Part shown: positions 54,896 to 64,000 of the stretch, in pieces
Layout: each line of letters begins with the position of its first letter
How positions within the stretch are numbered: the stretch's first letter is position 1
From: an uncultured Gemmatimonadales bacterium
GTDB lineage: Bacteria; Gemmatimonadota; Gemmatimonadetes; Gemmatimonadales; Gemmatimonadaceae
Length of the DNA stretch: 64,000 bases
Direction of reading: 5' to 3'
Assembly (NCBI GenBank): GCA_963851265.1
Contig: CAWKNZ010000002.1
Location: 288,001-352,000, forward strand
Translations under genes and position numbers: made by a program
Notes under the pieces: model-generated
Databases searched by the model: none
The model's input: the letters and a program-made list of their open reading frames with translations, nothing else
Told to the model about the DNA's origin: nothing

Positions 54896-55471
54896 ATGCC
54901 CTCCGATCCGTCCACCCCCTCGCCGTCGGCGCCGCAGCCCGCGGCCGCCCCGCCGCACCCGCCGGCGGGCGGCGTGCCCGTACACCGCGACTACACGGGC
55001 GACGGGATCGTCGTCCACTGGCGGGCGGAGCGTTGCATCCACACGGGGCGGTGCATCGCGGCGCAGCGGTTCGTGTTCGACCCGAAACGGCGGCCGTGGG
55101 TCGACCCGTCGCTCGGGACGGCCGAGCAGATCGTCGTCGCGGTCGAGCGCTGCCCGACAGGCGCGCTCACCTACACGCGTACCGACGGCGGGGCGCAGGA
55201 AGTCATCCCCGAGACCGTCGAGATCCGCATCGGGCGCGACGGGCCGATCACGGTGCACGGCGCCGCACGTGTGACCGGCGAGCGAGTCGGCCCGCTCGAC
55301 GAGCCTCGCACCGCTACGGGTCGCTTCGCGATGTGCCGCTGCGGTCAGACGGGGCACGCGCCGTACTGCGACAACAGCCACCGCGCGCTGGCGCCCGGGT
55401 GGGGGAGCGACGATCGCGGCGTCACGCCGGCACCGGCGCCCGCCCCGGCCTCGCCCGACGTGCGGCGCTGA
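54896..55471 (+). CDS. Divergent 4Fe-4S mono-cluster (YjdI/Fer4_19) + CDGSH Fe-S domain protein
   Basis: RCIHTGRC..F....RPWV..CPTGAL; CRCGQT.HAPYCDNSH. Confidence 0.85.
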   Translation: MPSDPSTPSPSAPQPAAAPPHPPAGGVPVHRDYTGDGIVVHWRAERCIHTGRCIAAQRFVFDPKRRPWVDPSLGTAEQIVVAVERCPTGALTYTRTDGGAQEVIPETVEIRIGRDGPITVHGAARVTGERVGPLDEPRTATGRFAMCRCGQTGHAPYCDNSHRALAPGWGSDDRGVTPAPAPAPASPDVRR

Positions 55472-55503
55472 CCGGTCCTGACGCTGACCGGTCCTGGATC
55501 CGA

Positions 55504-55827
55504 CTAGTCCTCCGGCAGGTCCGGCTCGGGCGCCGCGACGCGTTCGAGGTCGGCGAGGCCGGTGGTCGGGGCCCACGGGAGCAGCTCGTACTGCACCATG
55601 CCGGCGCGCGTGTACGGGTCCTCGTCGCGGACGCGATCGAGCGCGGCCTCGTAACCCGCGTCTGGGACGCGGAGCAGGAGGATGCCGGCGGTGCGCGGCA
55701 CGCACGGGCCGGAGGCGACGATCACGCCGCGGGCCTTGAGGTCGGCCGTGTAGGCGCGGTGGGCGTCCTGAACGGTGACCACCTCGTCGAGCGGACGGCG
55801 GTAGCGAAGGATGGCGAGGGCGTACAT
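55504..55827 (-). CDS. YciI family protein
   Basis: AHRAY, ASGP.VPRTAG, EDPY. Confidence 0.8.
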   Translation of the reverse strand: MYALAILRYRRPLDEVVTVQDAHRAYTADLKARGVIVASGPCVPRTAGILLLRVPDAGYEAALDRVRDEDPYTRAGMVQYELLPWAPTTGLADLERVAAPEPDLPED

Positions 55828-55984
55828 GGGCGGGGAACATAGTGCCGCCCCCGGCTTCGAGCCGCGGCTTCCGACGTAGCGGTCGGGCGTGGCATCATCC
55901 CCCGGGTTGCGCGGTGGCCGTGCGACGGTAGCGTACGTCGCGCCCCTCCCGGTCGCGTGCAGTGTGCGCATCGCCAACGGTCCC

Positions 55985-56647
55985 GTGACCCGCCCTCTCG
56001 CCCCTGCACGCCGCAGGATCGCCGTCGGTCTCGGGCTCGCCCTTGCCGTCGGGCCGAGGATTGCGGCGGGACAGATCGTGTACCGGTCCGCCAACATCGC
56101 GATTCCGGCATACGGCCCGGCCGTGTTCCTGAATGTCGTCGACGGCAGCTACACCACGGACCACTCCCCAACCTGCCCAGGACCGGGGTGTAATTTCGAC
56201 GTTGGGGTCGTCCACGACGGGTACAATTTCTTTGCCGCGTTCGCGCCCACGTCGTATGGCGTCGATCCGGCGCCCGTGGCTCCCGACGCGCGCGGGGTGA
56301 CGGCGTCCCTCGCGCCCGGCGCGCCGGTCGGGGCGTCGACCACGTTCAGCGACGACGCGATTCTGTTCGCGCCATACGAGCCCGGCGCTCCGGCACAGTT
56401 GATCGGGATCCGGTTCCGCGACGAGGCGGCCAACACGGTGAACTTCGGGTGGGCGCGTATCGAACTCGCGATGAGAACGGTCCAGTATCGCATTCTCGAC
56501 TACGCGTTCGAGGCCACGCCCGGGCGGGCGATCGCCGCCGGCGACATCGGGGGGGCCGCGGTCGTGCCGGAGCCCCGCGCGGTGTTGCTCGTCGGCACGG
56601 GGCTTCTCGTACTCGGCGCAGCGGCCCGGCGCGCGCGTCGCGCCTAA
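55985..56647 (+). CDS. PEP-CTERM sorting domain surface protein
   Basis: Signal peptide; C-terminal VPEP + TM + RRARRA. Confidence 0.85.
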   Translation: MTRPLAPARRRIAVGLGLALAVGPRIAAGQIVYRSANIAIPAYGPAVFLNVVDGSYTTDHSPTCPGPGCNFDVGVVHDGYNFFAAFAPTSYGVDPAPVAPDARGVTASLAPGAPVGASTTFSDDAILFAPYEPGAPAQLIGIRFRDEAANTVNFGWARIELAMRTVQYRILDYAFEATPGRAIAAGDIGGAAVVPEPRAVLLVGTGLLVLGAAARRARRA

Positions 56648-57156
56648 CCCTCGCGCTCGCCTCGGCCGGCGTCGCCCTTGAGCGCGTCGTCCAGCGCGCC
56701 CCACGCGAGCGTCGCGCAGCGGATGCGTGCCGGGAACCGCGACACGCCCTGCAGCGCGCGCATCTCCCCCATCGCCTTGTCGGCAGCGGCTTCGGCGTCC
56801 CCGTGCGCGAGCGCCACGAAGCGCCGCACCAGCGACTCCGCTTCCGCGCGCGTCTTGCCGCGGACGGCCTGCGTCAGCATCGACGCGGACGCCTGCGAGA
56901 TGGAGCAGCCGCGGCCGGTGAACCGCGCCTCGCGCACCACGTCGCCGTCGAGCGCGACTTCCAGCGAGATCTCGTCGCCGCACAGCGGGTTGCGCCGTTC
57001 GGCGGCGAGGTCGGGTGCGTCGAGCACGCCCTTGCCGCGCGGACGTCGGTAGTGGTCGAGGATGATGTCCTGGTAGATCGCCGCGAGCCGGGCGTCCGAG
57101 TCGGGACGGGCGCCGTCGGGCCGTGCGGCCTCGGGACGGTCAGCGATGTCGGCCAT
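56644..57156 (-). CDS. sufU: SUF system SufU (IscU-like)
   Basis: YQDIILDHY, NPLCGD, GCSISQASAS, PARIRCATL. Confidence 0.92.
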   Translation of the reverse strand: MADIADRPEAARPDGARPDSDARLAAIYQDIILDHYRRPRGKGVLDAPDLAAERRNPLCGDEISLEVALDGDVVREARFTGRGCSISQASASMLTQAVRGKTRAEAESLVRRFVALAHGDAEAAADKAMGEMRALQGVSRFPARIRCATLAWGALDDALKGDAGRGEREG

Positions 57157-58460
57157 CAGATTCCCCCCACGCCGAAGATGCGCTGCGCCGCGCGCACGCC
57201 GTCGACGAGCGCGTCGACGTCCGCGGGCGTGCTGTAGACCCAGAAGGACGCGCGCGCCGTGGCCGGCTCGCCGAGGCGCCGCATGAGCGGCTGCGCGCAG
57301 TGGTGCCCCGCGCGGATGCACACGCCGCGCTCGTCGAGCACCGTCGCGAGGTCGTGCGGGTGGAGCCCCTCGACCGAGAAGCTGACCACGCCGCTCCTCG
57401 AGTCGGCGTGCGGGCCGTAGAGCGTGAGGCCGGGGAGGGCGCCGAGCCGCGTCATGGCATCGGCGACGAGCGCGCGCTCGTGGGCGAGCACCGCCTCGGG
57501 GCCTAACGCCGCGAGGTACGTGACCGCCGCGGCGAGCCCGGCCGCGTCGGCGACGTTGGGCGTGCCCGCCTCGAACTTGTGCGGGAGCTCGTTCCAGGTC
57601 GTCTCCTGCTCGCCGACGAGCGAGATCATGTCGCCGCCGAACTGCCAGGGCGGCATCTGCTGCAGCACCGCGCGGCGCCCCAGCAGCGCGCCGACCCCCA
57701 TCGGCCCGCCGACCTTGTGACCGGAGAACGCGTAGAGGTCGACCCCTAACGAGTCGAAGTGCACCGGCAGGTGCGGCACGCCCTGCGCGCCGTCGCAGAC
57801 GACGAGCGCGCGCCCCGCCGACCGCTCGCGGGCGAGCGCGGCGATCTCGGCGACCGGGTTGATCGTGCCGAGCGCGTTGGAGACGTGCGGGAAGGCGACC
57901 ACGCGCGTCCGCGGCGACACGAGCGAGGCGAGGTGGTCGAGGTCGACGCGGCCGTCGGCGGTGAGCTCGGCGACGCGGAACGTCGCCCCGCGCTCGCGCG
58001 CGAGCTGCTGCCAGGTGACGAACGTGGCGTGGTGGTCCATCGCCGTGACGACGACCTCGTCGCCCGCGCCGACGTTGGTCCGCCCCCACGCGCCCGCCAC
58101 GAGGTTCATCGCCTCGGTGGTGCCGCGCACGAACAGACAGCAGTCGGCGTCGGCCAGGCCGCAGAAGCGGGCCACGCGCAGGCGCGCGGCCGCGTACGCC
58201 TCGGTGGCGGCGTTGCTCAGCCGGTAGGCCCCGCGGTGCGGGTTGGCGTTCTCGGTCTCGTAGTAAAAACGGAGCGCGTCGAGCACCGCACGCGGCTTCT
58301 GCGCCGTCGCGGCCGAATCGAGGTAGTGCAGCGCGGGGTCGCCGGCGAGGAGCGGGAAGTCCGCGCGCGGCGCGAGCGACCCCTCGGCCCGCCCCGCGAC
58401 CGCGCGCACCCCCGCGGCCGGCGTCGGCGCGAGCGTGCCGACCAGCGCGGCGGCGGTCAC
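57156..58460 (-). CDS. sufS: Cysteine desulfurase SufS
   Basis: YLDSAATAQKP, FSGHK, KFEAGTP, RAGHHCAQP. Confidence 0.95.
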   Translation of the reverse strand: MTAAALVGTLAPTPAAGVRAVAGRAEGSLAPRADFPLLAGDPALHYLDSAATAQKPRAVLDALRFYYETENANPHRGAYRLSNAATEAYAAARLRVARFCGLADADCCLFVRGTTEAMNLVAGAWGRTNVGAGDEVVVTAMDHHATFVTWQQLARERGATFRVAELTADGRVDLDHLASLVSPRTRVVAFPHVSNALGTINPVAEIAALARERSAGRALVVCDGAQGVPHLPVHFDSLGVDLYAFSGHKVGGPMGVGALLGRRAVLQQMPPWQFGGDMISLVGEQETTWNELPHKFEAGTPNVADAAGLAAAVTYLAALGPEAVLAHERALVADAMTRLGALPGLTLYGPHADSRSGVVSFSVEGLHPHDLATVLDERGVCIRAGHHCAQPLMRRLGEPATARASFWVYSTPADVDALVDGVRAAQRIFGVGGI

Positions 58461-59871
58461 GACGCGTACCGCTCGAGCACGAGCGCCTCGAGCGCGTGTT
58501 TGACCGGGTCCAGCTCGATCGTCTCGAGCACGTCGGCGGCGAAGGCGTAGGTGAGCAGCTTGCGCGCGGCCTCGGTACCCACGCCGCGGCTCTGCATGTA
58601 GAACAGCGCGGTCTGGTCGAGGCGCCCGACGGTCGCGCCGTGCGTGCACTTCACGTCGTCGGCGAAGATCTCGAGCTGCGGCTTCGTGTCGATGCGCGCC
58701 TCCTCCGACAGCAGCAGCGTGTTGTTGGTCTGCTTGCCGTCGGTCTTCTGCGCGGCGGGGTGCACGTACACCTTGCCGTTGAACACGCCGTGCGCGCGCC
58801 CGTCGAGCACGCCCTTGTACAGCTCGCGGCTGTAGCAGTTGGGCTCGCGGTGCTCGATGCGCGTCTGGCTGTCGCAGTGCTGCTCGCCGCCCACGGCGTA
58901 GAGCCCGTTGAGCGTCGCGCCGCACCCCTCGCCCGCGAGCAGGGTGTAGACGTTGGCGCGCGCGAGCTTCGCCCCGGTGGCGAACGAGAACGAGACGAAG
59001 TGGCTGTCGCGCCCCTGCCGCGCCTCGACGTGCGCGAGATGGTACGCGCGCTCGCTCTCGCGCTGCACCTTGAGGTGGTGCACGGTCGCGCCGTCGGCGA
59101 CGTCGATCTCGGTGACCGCGTTGGTCAGGTACGACGCGCCGCCGATGGCGACGTGGCTCTCGATCACGCTCACCTTCGAGTGCCGCTCGGCCACGACGAG
59201 CACCCGCGCGTGCGACGCGGTGCGCGCGGCCGTCGCGTCGGTGACGAAGAGCAGGTGCACCGGGCGGTCGGCCTCCATCTCCTTGCGCACGACGACGAGC
59301 GCGCCGTCCGTGAACACCGCCTGGTTGAGCGCGACGAACGGCTGGGCGTCGGGGCTCGCGACCCGCCCGAGAGTACGCTCGACGAGCTCCGGCTCGCGGT
59401 CGAGCGCCTCGTTCCAGGAGAGCGCCTCGACGCCCTCGGGGAGCGCGTCGCGCGCGGAGAGCGCCGCGTCGAAGCGCCCGTTCACGAAAACGAGCGTCGG
59501 CCACCCCGCGCCGCCCAACGGCTGCCCGAAGGTGAACGGCAGCAGCGCGTCGGCGCCCTCGACGGCGCCCGTCGCGGCCGCGGTCGACGCGTAGTCGGCC
59601 TCGGCGATCGCGGCCGTCGACGTGTAGTGCCAGTCCTCGTGCCGCGTGGTCGGGAAGCCCTGGCGCGCGAACGCGGCCGCGCCCACGCGGCGCGCCGCGG
59701 CCAGCCACGCCGGCCCGTCCGCCTCCGCGCCCGCGACCGCCGCGCGCACGTCGGCCTCGACCGCGGCCGGCGCGGGGAGGAACTGCCCCGGTGCCCGCGA
59801 CGCGTCCTGCTGCGCCGCGAGCGCGCGCGCCTCGGCGACGCTGCCGGCCTGCGAAGGCTCGGTCACGGTGC

Positions 59872-59875
<4 letters not shown>
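58457..59875 (-). CDS. sufD: Fe-S assembly protein SufD
   Basis: [34 protein letters not shown]. Confidence 0.94.
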
Positions 59876-60624
<749 letters not shown>

Positions 60625-60665
60625 GGGGTGACCCGGAGAGTGCGTGTGGGGGACGGACGGGCGCG

Positions 60666-62098
<1,433 letters not shown>

Positions 62099-62102
<4 letters not shown>

Positions 62103-62794
62103 GCGGCGCTCTCCTGAACGGCGTCTCTGGTAACCGGCGCGCCGGCCGCGACGTACTCGCAGACCGCGCAGCCGGCGGGGATGTACTTGGTGCGCACCAC
62201 GGGCACGCCGAGCAGCTCTTCCATGAGCTCCTGCTCGGCGGCGCAGATCTCCGGGAATCGGGCGACCACGTCGCGCACGGCGCAGTGGTGCTCGCGCACG
62301 GCGACGCTGCCGTCCGCGTTAGGCGCGGCCTCGGCCATGTAGCCCTGCGACGAGCGGAGCTCGGCCACCAGCTGCGCGCGCTCCTCGAGCGGCAGCTCGG
62401 CCAGACGCGAGCCCGCGCCCGACACCAGCGGCGCCCACTGACGTCGGACGGCCGTCCGCACCCCGTCGGTCCCGGCCGCCTCGCGCAGCGTGTCGAGCAC
62501 GGCTTCGAGCACGGGCGCGTACGCTTGGGGGAAGAGCGCCTCGCCCGCGGCAGTGAGCGCGTACGCGTGCACCGGGGCTCCAACGCCCCGGACCTCGCGA
62601 TCGTGCCGGACGAGTGCGTCGGCCTCGAGCGCGTCAAGGTGCCGCCGGAGTGCGTTGGGCGTCACGCCGAACTGCTCGGCGAGCTCGCGCGCGGTGAGCG
62701 CGTGCGGCGCCTTCTTGAGCGCGATCAACAACTCCGCCCGCAGACCGCGGAATCCGCCGAGCGGGGCGGCGTCTGGAGTCGGGAGATATTGCAC
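62099..62794 (-). CDS. sufR: SufR-like HTH transcriptional regulator
   Basis: N-terminal wHTH; HHC-X12-C..E and distal CAVC; first gene of suf operon. Confidence 0.82.
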
Positions 62795-62800
62795 TGCAAC

Positions 62801-62855
62801 AAGTTACGCGCTTCCAACTGATTCGTCAACGAAACCGTGTGTGAATCAGCGTAAC
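62801..62855 (-). promoter_or_regulatory. Candidate suf promoter/operator (TAACTT -10 plus inverted repeats)
   Basis: AT-rich patch; CTGATTC (62818) / GAATCAG (62843) and GTTACGC (62803) / GCGTAAC (62849) inverted pairs. Confidence 0.5.
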
Positions 62856-62940
62856 GTCGGCGATACGCGTGACGCGCTAGGCCGTTCAGTGCACGACGGG
62901 GCCGGTCGACACTCCGGGGCAACCCTCTCGTCCCGGCTTC

Positions 62941-63378
62941 ATGCTCCCGATCGCCATCCTCACTTTCCTCCTCGTCGGTGCGACCGGCTTCGCCGTCGCG
63001 AGCGTTCGCGCGCTCGCGCCAAGTCGCGGCACCCTCGACGCGCCGTGGCGCCGGCAGTTCCTGTCCGAGTTCGACCACGAGGGACTGCCCGCCAACGTGC
63101 TCGTCGAAACGTACGAGGCCCTCGGCCGGCGGACGACGGGCAACGGCGCGCGCGTGCGGCGGGGCGCCGACCTGGCGCTCGACCTCGGCCTCAGCGATGC
63201 GGACGTCGAGGACGTCGCCCTGCTCGTCGTCGCCCGGTGCGACGGCGAGTTGCCCACCGCCGCCGACCTCAACGCGCTCGACATCGGCGTCCGCACCGTC
63301 GGCGAACTCGTGCGTTTCGTCACCCCGTTCTGTGTGGCGCCGGGGAGCGGGCGGGCGCGACTGGCACTGATGGCGTAA
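62941..63378 (+). CDS. Membrane-anchored hypothetical protein with ACP-like C-terminus
   Basis: N-terminal TM; DLALDLGLSDAD...RTVGELVRFV. Confidence 0.6.
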   Translation: MLPIAILTFLLVGATGFAVASVRALAPSRGTLDAPWRRQFLSEFDHEGLPANVLVETYEALGRRTTGNGARVRRGADLALDLGLSDADVEDVALLVVARCDGELPTAADLNALDIGVRTVGELVRFVTPFCVAPGSGRARLALMA

Positions 63379-63411
63379 CGAGCGCCCAACCGCCAACCGA
63401 TCACAGGACCA

Positions 63412-63448
63412 AGGACCCCCGCGCGTGCGCGGGGGTCCTCGTTTGTTT
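63412..63448 (+). terminator. Rho-independent terminator
   Basis: AGGACCCCCGCGC / GCGCGGGGGTCCT followed by CGTTTGTTT. Confidence 0.75.
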
Positions 63449-63470
63449 GACGACCCGCTTAGCGTTGGGC

Positions 63471-64000
63471 GTGCTCCCGCCCCGTGCTCATCGATCCGCT
63501 GCCGCGCTTCTCGCGGCGGCTCTGGTTTCCACGACCGCGCGCGGCCAGACCGTCTCGACGGGCGTCGCGCTACCGCCGGCGGCGACGGTCGCGCCCGACG
63601 AGCCGGTCGCGCGCGTGGCGGACGAGATGCTCGCCCTCGCGCCGGTTCGCGGTGCGATCGTCGGGCAGCGCCCGTATTCGGTTCGCGAGCTGACGCGACT
63701 CGCCCGGGCCGTGCAGCGCGCCGTCGCCGACCGGGCCGGTCGCGGCGCGCCGACGCCCGCCGACGCGCGCGCGACCGCGCTCGCCGAACAGGTGCTCGCC
63801 GCCCTGGGGGCGACGTCGGGCGCGGCAGCGCCGGCCGGCAGCGCCGCCGAACTGCGCGTGATCCCGCTGCAGTCGGTGCTGCTCTCCAGCGCGGCGACGA
63901 GCGCGCCCCTCCGCCGCGTCCCGGTCAACGGTCAACTCGGCGGCGTCGACGCGATCACGCTGCCGCCGCTCGACGGCCGGTTCGGGCGGCCGGCGGTGGA
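63471..64000 (+). CDS. Partial secreted protein, possibly capsule assembly Wzi family (runs off window)
   Basis: My translation from GTG 63471: signal peptide then IVGQRPYSVRELTRL; absent from the ORF track, consistent with no stop in the window. Confidence 0.45.
   Translation, partial: MLPPRAHRSAAALLAAALVSTTARGQTVSTGVALPPAATVAPDEPVARVADEMLALAPVRGAIVGQRPYSVRELTRLARAVQRAVADRAGRGAPTPADARATALAEQVLAALGATSGAAAPAGSAAELRVIPLQSVLLSSAATSAPLRRVPVNGQLGGVDAITLPPLDGRFGRPAV

Overview
Very GC-rich (roughly 75% by eye) bacterial chromosomal window, probably Gemmatimonadota (Gemmatirosa-like). The taxon is inferred from gene content and style, not searched. About 70 densely packed genes. They include housekeeping genes (cysK, pnuC, prfC, panD, pruA, pepE, lepB, nth-like), several peptidases, two ABC systems and a small glycosyltransferase cluster. 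Larger units are a YqjD/E/K-like stress triad, a Flp/Tad pilus locus with two pilins (39.8-50.0 kb) and a sufR-sufBCDSU Fe-S operon (56.6-62.8 kb). I saw no rRNA, tRNA, CRISPR array, transposase or integrase. The most striking unexplained signal is the heptamer GTTAGGC/GCCTAAC: 31 exact copies found by eye, mostly inside genes where it imposes rare TTA/CTA/CCT codons or supplies stop codons. Other notable items are an orphan RiPP-like precursor peptide, a stand-alone SRA-like domain near an HhH-GPD glycosylase, a frameshifted secreted esterase, widespread leaderless-type promoters and many 15-16 bp tandem duplications. Start codons were adjusted by hand and are approximate.
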